Source: Phoronis australis (Eukaryota; Animalia; Phoronida). From it: 64,000 bases of DNA. The notes under the pieces are model-generated. The model was not told where the DNA came from and made no database searches. It worked only from the letters and a program-made list of their open reading frames with translations. Within the stretch, counting starts at the first letter, position 1. Each line of letters begins with the position of its first letter. Of the stretch, positions 20,728 to 32,700 are shown one piece after another. The stretch lies in contig NMRA01000153.1 in the NCBI GenBank assembly GCA_002633005.1, forward strand, positions 187,893 to 251,892. The letters run 5' to 3'. Position numbers and translations under genes: made by a program.

Positions 20728-23075
20728 GTGGGTACCATTCTGTGTGACTCATTGTGTAGTGTATGTGCAGTAATATAGAGGTCTCTGCCGCTGTGTTGTC
20801 TGTGATAGGCTAATCCGTGGTGTCAGATAACCATGTGAAATTGTTACCATAGCTTGATGTTTCATCTGCAGCCAGCTTATATATACTTTTCAATTTTAAT
20901 TCTGCTGTTTTGCAATACTTTCCGTGTTCACTTGGTTAATTTCCATGCTGCGGTGGTACTATAGTACTTAATGCTTCAAATCTGTTATTTGTATTAATAT
21001 ACGCTGTTACATTTCTGCTTGAATGCACTTGAAGTTCTGTTCATAAGTAATGCACGACCCAACTGTTTTGAACACACTATTTCACTCACCAATGCTTCCA
21101 AACGGCCACACACCTGCGTCACATACCTTGATGGTCTGCTGACTGACTCAAAGTGCATGAAGTACACAGCTTTTCAATCCACCCTGTAAGTGCTTTTTCG
21201 CTTGGAGCTCTTGTTGCTGATGCCAAGTCAAACTGATGTAAAGGATATTTCAAAGAAAGTTGTTTCCCACCTTTGCAGTAATGTGTAATCAAATTCTGCC
21301 GTTGGTTATTGGCCCAATGCTTTCTTCTTCTTTTGGTGTTAATTTTGATTATTTGAGATTTCTATTTCTGCTTTTTATTTAATCTTTTTAACTGATGGTA
21401 ATTGAGAGTCTTGGAAGCTAGGCGACAGTTTATACATTGTGACAATCAAAGCTCTGCCCTCTCTAATGGTTTTGTTTTGTTTTCTTTTTCCCACCCTGTA
21501 CTGCGCTGAATTCTAAAATAATTTGGTAAGCTCTTTTTAATTTTGTCTTTTTCCTTATTGGTGATGTTTGAGTAGCGTTTGTTGTACTTAATATTAATTT
21601 GTGAATGGATTTTAAGTATGTTAATACTTCAATTATTTTGCACACAAATGATTGACAAAGTTGACATTTTTCTATTTTTCAAAACCTAATTATCTTGCTG
21701 CAAACCTGTTTTATGGTATCTTTACTGCACAAACAAAGTTACTAAAATCTCGTGATCTTCATTTTTGTTTGTACAATTTCACAAAATAGATAATTTCACG
21801 TCTGTCATTTTGTGTGCTAAATAAGGTGAAGACTTACAGCCCTAGGGAGTCATTCAACTGAAAGAGTGTCTCTGCTTGTTACAGCAAAAAGTCCAAATGT
21901 CTACCATTCTGTTTTTCTACAAACCAAACAAAGTCTAATCACCAGTTTCTGCTGCGTATGTCTGCTCGGCATTTATTCAAATTTAAATTGCTTTTGCGGT
22001 ACACATGGACCCAGTGTCCTGTGGAACTATTGTTCAGAAAGAACCATTACATTTTTACCAGTTCTGCAATGAGTCTTTTCTGAGAGAAAAAGAAAGGCGG
22101 ATTTTTGTCCCGGTGTCCTTGGCGTCGCCTCTCACTGTACAGTGTAAGTTTGGCTGAGGTTTGTAAGATTTCATGCCTGCCCAGAATATCAGATAGTTCT
22201 GGTCTGTTCCTCGACTCATTTTGAGAACTACACTCATCAATTAAAATATACTTGCCCACATCAATTTCAGCCAAGCTATGGTGTTCTTTTTGAAAAGCTT
22301 CACAAAGGCACATAAGTAACAGTTGAGTTGCCATGATTTGCCAAAGAAACAAAACAAATCCTTCATCATTTTTGCTGGCAGATTTTCTTTTTTTGAAAAG
22401 TGAACAGCTATAAAATACGGCATCATCGCCTTATTTTCAAAAAAGCAGACTAGAAACAACTACGCTTTTTTGGCCTTGCAGACCTTATCTGAGAGTATGC
22501 GCCAAAAAGCCACTTATCTCATAAATTTGGAAATTCGCAAGTGGTCTAATGCTACTCAGAACAGCAACATCTTGTGCCGGACATAACAGTCGAATGGCTC
22601 TGAGGTTGAGGACTAAATGATGATGACACTTATGCACTGTAGACTAGAGATCCCCCAAACTGATAATTTACTCTCGTCCTTCATGTTGGTCTACCAAACG
22701 TAGCACCCTGCTTACCTCTTCTTGTTCCATCCTTGTGAGACAGCATCATTTGATAATTAAATGTGTCAGAGGACAAATGTGTTAATGTGATCAATACGCA
22801 GATTTTTTTGTAATTAACAGTATGAACTTCTGCTCAACATTATTTTTTAAGGCAATTGTCTGCATTGGTTACCAAGGATAAAATTTGTGAAATGATATTT
22901 TAAGCATTAATTGTAGACTCATAAAACTGTTAAGTGCTTGATTACCACAGAAAGTTACTATGTGCACTGAAATGATGCCCAGGTGACCAATTTTTTCAGC
23001 AAGAACCTAACTTGCAAATTATATTTCTTTATTCTACTGGGTTATGGTTTAACATATTTTTGATTTTCATTTTAA

Positions 23076-23187
23076 AAGGCCTTACAGCTCGTGAATTTCG
23101 CTGTCAAAAAGGAAGATATCAATATTTCTTGAAAAAGACGGAAGTCTTGAATTTTGACAGTCGAGCTCTCCAGCTATAAGGCCTTCA
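23076..23187. repeat. Palindromic dispersed repeat (older copy at about 11243-11410)
   Basis: aaggccttacagct...agctataaggcctt with internal ctgtcaaaa/ttttgacag. Confidence 0.55.
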
Positions 23188-23947
23188 AAGAAAATTCTAG
23201 ACACGCTTTGGTAGTGAGCAGAATAAGGAAACAGAATTTGTACGGTTTCATGTTTGTGGAAAATACGGCGATCTCCATGAAAAATTGTGACTTGTAAGAA
23301 AGCACAAAATCATGTGATTGAGAACTCTGGACATTGCTTTTGTGTGCATAGTAAGATTCCGTCTGTGATCATCAAGGATTTCAAAAATACAGTTTAACTG
23401 TTAATATGTAGTGATTAAGAAATTCTATCCTTAATAACGAAGGTAAACTACAACCTTAAACTCCTTTTCAAGGGTGTTCCAGAGTGATTCAAACTTCTTG
23501 AGATATGATATATGGACTTGTCAGTGAGCTGTTCATTGTTCTTTCATGTTGTGGCACTCTTTTTTGTCCCTGAAAGAGGAAAACATGTGTTACTTTTATT
23601 TTTTCTTCTAGAATAACCATTTTACCCTTGTACCCTGGTAATTGATTTTTCGTGCATATTTACGCAGATTGACAGTTTTTGAATTCTTAATGCACTTTTC
23701 ATAAGATAGTAACCATAGTAACCCTGCTACTTAATTATTTGTTGCATATTTTAGTTGAATATTCCATTGAAAAAGAGTCTGTTCAAACACAGTCTCCTAT
23801 AAGTTTGAGCCTCTTCATAGTTACACTGTTTGTTCAGTTTATGCGTATTAGTTGACTAAGCCTGCATGACGTAGTGCATGTTAGATTTGCATGTCAGTAA
23901 TTCCCAGTAACTTGGATTATATAATGTGATGTATTGTGTTTTTGCAG

Positions 23948-24026
23948 TAAACGCAGATCTGAGAACTTGGACAAGGAAGAGAAACTGAGTGAAAAGGAGA
24001 GACAGCTGAAGGAGAAAGAGGAGGAG
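23948..24026 (+). CDS. SEPT2: SEPT2-like septin (gene 1) exon, start of C-terminal coiled coil
   Basis: tttgcag/gtaggt; KRRSENLDKEEKLSEKERQLKEKEEE; phase 2 in, phase 0 out. Confidence 0.88.
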
Positions 24027-24059
24027 GTAGGTTGAATGGGGGGGGGCAAGGTGTAAGAA

Positions 24060-24241
24060 ATGAGGGTCCTGGCATTGGACTTGTTGGTGCTCGTGTTATG
24101 AAGTGGGGGTCCCTACATTGGACTTGTTAGTTCTTGTGTTATGAAGTGGGGGCCCCTACACTGGACTTGTTAGTTCTTGTGTTATGAAGTGGGGGTCCCT
24201 ACATTGGACTTTTTAGTGCTTGTGTTGTGAAGTGGGGGTCC
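24060..24241. repeat. 43-bp minisatellite (resumes at 25565-25700 after an insertion)
   Basis: Unit tgaagtgggggtccctacattggacttgttagttcttgtgtta. Confidence 0.9.
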
Positions 24242-25564
24242 TTTTTGGCCCCGCCACTCGTAAATCATACTCAAATTGGCCACCACACACCTAATCATGA
24301 CGGGGAAACTTCACTGCCACACAAAAATCGCTACTAAAAATGATCGCTAGTAAAAATGATCGCTAGTAAAAATGATCGCTACTAAAAATTATCGCTAGTA
24401 AAAATGATCGCTATTAAAAATGATCGCTAGTAAAAATGTTCGCTAGTAAAAATGATCGCTAGTAAAAATGATCGCTAGTAAAAATTATCGCAGGTAAATT
24501 GATTGCAGGTAAAATGAATCGCAAGCAAAATGAATTGCAAGTAAAAATGATCGCTAGTAAAAATGATCGCTAGTAATTATGAATAATTACAAGTCACACG
24601 GCACCTTTCGCCGTTTGTAGATCGAAAGGGAAAAATAATAATTTTACAATGGGATCTTGCATTGTGCCCCCTGTCAAACATATTATTCAATCCCCAACCC
24701 CATTTCGTACCCTGTTTCTGCCTTGTTATTCGACAATGCATATAAACTTAATACAGCCGGGGACCAGGCAGCGACCTCGATACGAATTTCCTAAAATGGG
24801 AAAGTGCCAGGGCTTGCTAATGAAGTAAGAAACAATAAGATTTCTGCTTCATTCATTTTATCGTGTCCGAATTTACAAAAGACATTGTGAATTATACTGT
24901 AGGGCGTGACATCCAACTGTTTAATCAACCATAGCCCTGCGCCAACATGACGGTATTGAATGTTAACCAGTCTCAGATTCGTCTGCATGGACTGGATTAT
25001 ACATCGTCTGCTACGCCGGCCAACGCCAATCCACTATCACTGATTTATGTTTAGGAAGACGATATCAAAGGAAGTTTTGTTACACGAATTAGTTTATTAC
25101 GTCTAAAAATTTCACATATTTTTTGTTCTATGTTTGTTACTTTGAGGATAATTGAATTTTAACACTGTTTTTTTGTACTCAAGTGCGACAGAGATCACAC
25201 TATGCCGGACACTTCATTGCCAATTTGTCTTGCGAATTGTCCTTTACCCAGATACTTCCACTACATCATGCTAGGGTTAGGGTCTTGTCTATAATGAGCA
25301 AACTGCAACCAATTACATGTAATTTCCAAATTTTGCCTGGGGAATGTCTCCCAACCCCCCCCCCTGATGGGAGGATCTCACTTCATCCCATGCTCGCATG
25401 TGGCACCAGGTTCCACATCCGCGTCGAATGTTCACCACCACGCTCCTTTCGAAACCCAGACAATAGGGGGATCCCACTTCTCATATTCACGTGTGGCAAC
25501 GGGCTTTGCACCCCATTTTGGCCATTTACCACCACGCTCCTTTCAAAACCCAGGGGAAACACTG
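24242..25564. mobile_element. Truncated insertion interrupting the 43-bp minisatellite
   Basis: hAT-like end caggggaaacactg on the right; no matching left TIR seen. Confidence 0.45.
24323..24574. repeat. 16-bp tandem repeat
   Basis: Unit aaaaatgatcgctagt, about 15 copies with variants. Confidence 0.92.
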
Positions 25565-26422
25565 CATTGGATTTGTTAGTGCTTGTGCTGTGAAGTGGGG
25601 GTCCTGACGTTGGGCTTGTTAGTGCTTGTGTTGTGACGTGGAGGTCCCGACGTTCGGCTTGTTTGTGCTCTAGTGGGAGGAGGTTATAAAGTGGGGTTCC
25701 CAGGTGTCACAACATGACATTATGTGATACTCTTGGACTCTTGGCTCCTGGCGACGGCAAGAAGGAAAGCATGACAGGTTGCTGTGATGGCGGTATGAAT
25801 TTCTGTAGATTCCAATGAGGACTCCATTTTCTTTGTTGGCGTTGAAATTTCTTATTTTGTTTTTGTTACTTAATGACAACAAACTTTCTAACCAATTTCC
25901 TCAGTCCCTGCAGCATGTGTGCGATATCTGTCCAAACTGTAAACAGTTCTTGAGTCACTTACTTGATAAATGCATAACACTTATGTTTCTGAACCATTTC
26001 TTGGGAATTCCCCTAAGTGTCACCTCATACTCCCTTTCATATTCGTGCAAATTCTCTCCTTTACATGGCTATACACACGAAACCAAGTTTTTTGAACAAT
26101 CAAGTCAGATAAGCATGCAGCGCATGAGTCAGAATATGATTCACAAAAACCTTTACATTACATGAGCACTGAAGTTTTTAATATGATCAGACATGGCATA
26201 AAATTACTTTTGATTTGTACTAGGGTTCTGTGTAAAATCTTTGTGTTAGGTTGTAATACCTCATAAACTAATGACTTGGGCTTTTTAACGTGGCATTAAT
26301 AAGCAGAATTATCACGTTGTGACTTAAGTTCTCATGACCTGTGAATATTATATGCTCTTTATCAAAGTATGCTGGTTGATCACAAACTTCAGTATTTAGT
26401 GTATTTGTCTGCCTCTCCCTAG

Positions 26423-26533
26423 ATCCGCCGAATGCAGGAGATGTTGGCCAAAATGCAGCGTGACATGCAGGGTCCACAGAAACGAGGAGCTCCCCCTGGT
26501 GCTCCGCAGCAGAATGGAGTCAAGTCTCACAAT
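26423..26533 (+). CDS. SEPT2: SEPT2-like septin (gene 1) exon, coiled coil and tail
   Basis: ctccctag/gtacgt; IRRMQEMLAKMQRDMQGPQKRGAPPGAPQQNGVKSHN (resembles the SEPT2-group ELRRMQEM motif). Confidence 0.9.
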
Positions 26534-27042
26534 GTACGTATGTTGCAAGTGAAGTACTACACTGTATCAGTCCATATGTACACTTCTTTCTAGCATGCCT
26601 TCGATGTTCTAATTTACTCACATGTATTGCATATTTATTATTTGTTTTGAATATCATCTGAAATAAAACACACCAACTGCTAATACTAGTAAAGTAATTC
26701 TCCAATCAATTGGGCCACAAGTAAGTGGAAAAATTACCAAAAGTTGCAAAAAAAAAATCTACACATTCCAAAGCATGCCAGTAACTTACTAAGATTTTCT
26801 TGATCTTTATTTTTGTGATCAAGTTTGACAAAACAGAACTTCACTTTTCCACCACATTGTGTACTAAATCAGTGAAGAATTACCTACTACCACATTTTAA
26901 TGTTCGCACTATACTTCTTAAAGTTGGAACTTGCCACAACTTGGGTTTAAACACGAGGCAATGTTTTAGCATTTCCCTGTTTGGTCGAGCTTTGTCTGTG
27001 ACTGTAAACCTGCTTTCCAGTCAAGAAGCGATCTTCTGATTT

Positions 27043-27276
27043 AGACCACTTGCTGCTATAAAATTGGTCTCAAGTTATTCTTTACTTAAATGAGAAGTGA
27101 TTTCTAAGTATGCAGGCTGTTTAGTATTCGAGACAAGCTCAGTGCATAAAATGAGGCTATGTGACTAGTCAGCTTGTAGAGCCTAATCTCGAGCTGTAAC
27201 AATGTGTCAGTTTTTTCAAAGCCTCCAATTTGACTAAAGAACAATTTGAGACCAATATCATAACAGCGAGTAGTCT
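27043..27276. mobile_element. MITE with about 50-bp imperfect TIRs; family fragments near 31400, 35880, 48970 and 53050
   Basis: agaccacttgctgctat..attggtctcaagttattcttta vs taaagaacaatttgagaccaat..aacagcgagtagtct. Confidence 0.55.
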
Positions 27277-27516
27277 TAATCAAAACTTAAGAGCTGTATT
27301 GATGTGTGATATGGGTACTTAACATCACCTCTGACTTTTATCAAGATATTATTTGTTGGAAGATATTTGAGAAGTTCATAAAGCTTGAAGCCATTCTAGG
27401 TATTGCAAAACATGAAACTATTCACAAATCGGCCTTTCACAAAATGCCATAATTCCTGTTCATAGACTGTTGCATAGCTAGTGAAACTGACTGGGTATTT
27501 CTTTATTCTTTTCCAG

Positions 27517-27522
27517 ATTTAG
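27517..27522 (+). CDS. SEPT2: SEPT2-like septin (gene 1) terminal coding exon (Ile + stop), followed by 3' UTR
   Basis: strong pyrimidine tract ttctttattcttttccag then ATT TAG in phase 0. Confidence 0.75.
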   Translation: M

Positions 27523-27767
27523 GTCCATTTGCTACTGGTGGTAATGAAAAGTATTAAGAATGATGAAGTCAGAAGCAAAGGATTTCCTTTATTGGTCACC
27601 ATGGATCAGACAGCCAACCTTATATTAGAAACCAAATTCTGGCCGTGATTATCAATTTGCCTGTAGGCATAATATGTACCATTTTCTTAAATTTTGCAAA
27701 ACTAAAAGAGTTTTTATACCTGTCGAAAGGAGTATCATGCGAAGTAGTGGGAAAGTTGAAAACCCCA

Positions 27768-27773
27768 AATAAA
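27768..27773 (+). terminator. Candidate polyadenylation signal of gene 1 (alternative AATAAA at 28524-28529)
   Basis: AATAAA about 250 nt after the stop codon. Confidence 0.35.
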
Positions 27774-28586
27774 TGCATGTTTTACAAAACTTTGTACATT
27801 TACGGCAGTGTTACATGTTGTTGACTCTCACTTACCTTTGATTTGAATTGTACTCTTTGCTTTTTGATTGATGTCGGTAAATTGAGATTCACTGCACAAC
27901 TGTCACACTCTGCCTTCTGGGCATGTAACAGATTTTGGTGGTCCTTGCAAAGTATGCACACATTTGTCCATGACTAATGAAGCGCCCAAATCTTTATGAA
28001 ATGTTTTGAAGTTAATAGGATTTTGACCCACTTACTGCAACATCAAAACGAACATGTATTTCATTCTATTGAACTTTTAGTGTTTGTCTCAGTGATGCCA
28101 AGTTGCTAATTCTCTTGTCATAAATAGTTATGTACTATATTCAGTTATAGTAGCTTATGCCTGTCTTTATTACTGTTGTTTTTATAATGCATAAAGCTGG
28201 TACCCATATTGAAGTTGCTGGACTTGACAAGTTTAACAAAAATAAGACGTTTATAATTCCAGTTGCTTTGTATGAAATACATCTAAACAAATCATGATCT
28301 TTGATTCAGATACAAAGAAATCCAAACAGCCACGTGCCCTTGCATTTTGTCACAATAGCCGTACAAAACTTTAATGTGGGTTCCTAGAAAAGCCGTGGTC
28401 ATAACACCGCCTATGTTTGTCAAATTTTATGTATCAATTAAAAACAGACATGTTAGTTGAAAAAAATTTAAACCTTTGTGAAAACTCATAAAATCAAACA
28501 AGTCAAAACTAATCAAAGATGGTAATAAAACATGGATTCATCAAGTTTAGTAACCAGAGTTATGATCTTATCTATGCTTGCTGTTA

Positions 28587-29741
28587 AGGGCCTTTCATAC
28601 TAATGTCGATGGTTTGGGGAGTTGTGGTCAGTATGAACGCTTAATTTCGGTCCTGGATCGAAGTTGACAGCTCTAATTATCGTCGCAGTTAAAAGGTGGA
28701 TTTAACAGCGCAACGTCGACGCTGTGGTGCAGTATGAACGGTCAACTTCGGTTCCATCGAAGTTATCGCCAGGTGCTACTGTTATTGTCTACAATTTAAG
28801 GGTAGTGTAGTCGCTAATAGTTGCTTATATTTTGCTTGAATAATCACCAATTGAATTAAAAATAAGTTTCATTGTCAGTTAGCACATGTAAATGTTCCCA
28901 AATTGTCACATTAAAAAAGATCTTAGCATGCAGCGCTACCTTGCGATTACTTCGATGACAACAACGTTACCTGCCGTTTACTTTATGTTCCTTAACCCTT
29001 ATCCTGCGCTAGGCGAGGTCAGCCGACAAGCCAATTATCCTACTAAAATGCGTTGGGTGTACTCAATCGCCTATAATAAGCTACGGCTAGACTGCGCAAG
29101 GAGGGTGTACTCACCCCAGGACACTGGTGTTTTTCATTCAGAAATTGTGAAAGCCCCGTATGCTGTTTATATATGTGAGCATGCGCATTCCACAGTCCAT
29201 AGTTTCCTGTACATTTTTCTGATTTACAACATATGGCTGTGGTGAGTTGTTGCCGAGATATTTGAAAGTTTACGCAAGTTTTATCTTGGCTGGTGCCAAA
29301 CGTGGTAAGATGACTGTTGACCAGTTTCTTGAGGAAGTGTTCATGGACTCAGATANTTTAACAGCGCAACGTCGACGCTGTGGTGCAGTATGAACGGTCA
29401 ACTTCGGTTCCATCGAAGTTATCGCCAGGTGCCACTGTTATTGTCTACAATTTAAGGGTAGTGTAGTCGCTAATAGTTGCTTATATTTTGCTTGAATAAT
29501 CACCAATTTAATTAAAAATAAGTTTCATTGTCAGTTAGCACATGTAAATGTTCCCAAATTGTCACATTAAAAAAGATCTTAGCATGCAGCGCTACCTTGC
29601 GATTACTTCGATGACAACAACGTTACCTGCCGTTTACTTTATGTTCCTTAACTACCGAAGCCAGTATGAACAGTTTAGTTAATTTCACAGTTAACGTCGA
29701 CGCTCCGCTTAAACTGGAGTTAAGTCAGTATGAAAAGGCCT
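28587..29741. mobile_element. PIF/Harbinger-like MITE (contains an assembly-duplicated segment)
   Basis: TIR agggcctttcatact / agtatgaaaaggcct; TTA on both flanks. Confidence 0.75.
28996..29355 (+). mobile_element. Left end of a piggyBac-like element nested in the Harbinger-like MITE, cut at an N
   Basis: Starts TTAA/CCCTT; ends with MTVDQFLEEVFMDSD, resembling a piggyBac transposase start. Confidence 0.6.
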
Positions 29742-32700
29742 TTAAAGTACCTATGAACCTGCCTTACATCACGAAATAGCACTTTTGATTTTGGCAACTT
29801 ACTATAATGAAATTGGTCTGATATTGTTTTTTAGTTAAAATTTGAGATGATATCGGGGCTTTGAAAGAACTTCAGCTTGTTATTGCTTGAGACCAGGGTC
29901 TACAAGTTGGCTTGTCATGGCATGTCATTTTGTGGGCCAAGTATGGTCTCGATGAATAATAAACAGTCAGTTCCTAGCAAATTCAGAAGTCACTTCTCGT
30001 CTGTGTAAGAGAAAAGTGGAGACCAATATTATAGGGGTAAGTTGTTTAAATCAAAAGTGCACTTCTTTTTATTAGGGCTTAAAACTAGAAACTTGTCATG
30101 GCTGACTGTTTGATGAAAAAGATAGCTAGGGACTTTGATGCTTTGTATAATTTAGTTGAACCATATTTAATGGTAGAAATTGCAAGTGTATGTCGTTTGT
30201 TATCTAATAATGTGGTGCTGTTGAACATAACTTCCAACTCAGAATTGGTGATTATTTTGTGACTCTTCTCCTTTACTAAAGTTTTCTTCCTTAAAATGCT
30301 ATCTATTGCCATGTCACGCGGAAAAGGTAAACTCAAATGGGTTTCAACCTTAACTGATTTTGAAATTTTGAATTATGTCAACTTGTGTTGTGTTTGTGTA
30401 TTTTAAAAGCTTTTAGTCTTTGACTTCAAATTTAATTTTCTTAATAAAAATACATCAGAAATACTCATCTAAGATATTGCTTCCTAAGTACATAGTTTAA
30501 ACTTACCAGTTGTTACATATTCTTTCTATAAATGTTATTGGGAACAGACAAATGCATGGGGGTAAGCGCCATCTATAGAAGAATATGTAAAATAAACTTA
30601 AACTATTTCAAAACAGTTATGTTTCCTGAAATCTTCACTTTAACTTAACCGAGCCATAAATTGAAAATAGGATAGTAGCAGGCTAGAACAAATGTTAGAT
30701 TTTAATAACATGTAGTCTACCTATTGTCTTCTTCATTATATTATTGACATTGACATTAGTAGATTTTGTAAGTAGCTGTTGCAAAAGCTTTTTGTATGAT
30801 CTGACTACTACTATTGTAATAAATAATAAAATTTATACATTTAGTTCTGTTGTTCTTTTCTGTGGCTTTGGACCTTCATTGTCTTTCGCGTTCATTTTCA
30901 CTAAAAAAGCACTGAGCTTGATTACCGTAGTTCCTCTCATAGCAACAGTATAGTTCCCGGGAGATGGCTCCTATTACCCCTTCCTAAGATTGATGTATCA
31001 GTGTTTGTTTTAAAGTCTCATCGATGTAGCACACAATTTGACAAACCAAATAAATATTTTATTTTTTTCATGATGGACCAATAGTGCCAAACTGGTGCTT
31101 TTTGCATTTGTAACTTTTTACTGCTACTTGCCATCAGGAATTCATGTGGGGACTCACATGAATGTTAGAAGCTTCTAAAAATTGAAAAATCTTTTTTGAC
31201 AATAATTTTTGTCTGAATTAATTAGGTGAGAATTTACAATAGTATTGCATCAGTGAGTGTCTTTAATTTTAAACTTAAAATTCTCAAGTAAATGGGAATT
31301 GACTGAGGATTGCTTGTTAGTGATTGGTTTTAGCCACTTTAAGAAGTGGCTTAAGACGAGCCTTCCAACTCGAAAATCAATGTTTTGACTTGAACCATTA
31401 TGAAAATGGTCTCAAATTGTTCCTTTGTCAAATTGGCAGTGATTTCAGGGCTTCAAATATTGCTCGAGATCAAGCTTGACAAAAACGGTCATTGATGTCT
31501 GCCTATAATGAGTTGCCAGTTCTTTACAGAAATCACTTAATAGGGAACAAGTCGAGACAAATGGTACGTAGTCTAAAACAAAGGTTCGCTTATTCAGAAC
31601 TCCTGTTTATGGCTGCTTTAAGTTCACCAATAATATTACTGCTTAATAACAGTTCCTGTGTAAGTTCTGAAGTTTCATCGAAAAACATTTACGGCAAAAT
31701 ATCCTGAATTTAGGTTCCCAGCCGCTTTGGCTTTGAACTTTGAAAATTGTTAGAAGGTGGTTTTTGTTCTCACATTTTGGTTGACAAGAAATGCAAAAGA
31801 CTTTTCCTGATATAAACATGCACTGTAAGCCAATTGTACAGGTTTCGAAAACGAGTTACACATGCATATTTGGTCTTTAAACACATCATTATGAGTTACA
31901 ATAAAGTGCTAGGAATAGGACGGTACCTTCCTTGCTAGGAAAACTTGTAGTCATTGGCCTTGTTTTAGAAATGTTGGGGTGATTCTAGGAATCGTGTTGT
32001 TAAATATCAGGTCCACAGATTCTCCACAATTTTATTCAACTTTCTGCCAATGGAGCTGTAACCATCAGCACAGCAGTAAAACTTTGCTGTTATTGAAAGG
32101 TCGAATATAGTTAATGCAGGCGAGAAAAAACTTACTGAAAGGACGGCTTCAACAAATAACATGAGAAACTGCAATGGCAAGAAAATAAGACTAGAGAACT
32201 GCTTGACCAATGTTGCAACATTGTGAATAAATAGAGCGAGATTCAAGTGTCCTGTGTAATCCAGGACTTACCTGACGGCCATAGTAGTTTGGCGGGTGAA
32301 ATTAACCCACAATGACAAACTATTATAATGAGCATCGTGTGAAGAATTAATGACAAAACTGTCAATAGTTCTCTATTCTAGAAATCGTTTCTCATGTATG
32401 GAACAAGACGAGGCAGGTTTTTTAACTACAAGTGGCCTTAATCAAAAGTTGTTTTAATAGAGGCTGCATGTTTATTACGAATGTTATTTTCAACCGTGTG
32501 GAGTTTGCTCTTGTTTTATCAAAGAACATTTAAGGTTATGTAGGAGCTTAGAAAATATGCAAATTTGGCCAAATTTGGTACATCACTATTTCAAAATGGC
32601 TCGTCAGATTCTTATGAAACCTCGACATACTATGCATTATGCACTGTTCTCTAAAGTACTTTTGCATCAGTGGCTATCAAAAAAAATTTTTTATAATTTT

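Noticed and set aside
21825-21900. Possible alternative terminal or micro-exon of gene 1
   Set aside because: Weak acceptors, no convincing donor and no homology
28095-28101. ATGCCAA seed match for hairpins D/F/G in the probable septin 3' UTR
   Set aside because: A single 7-mer in about 1 kb can arise by chance, and the UTR end is uncertain
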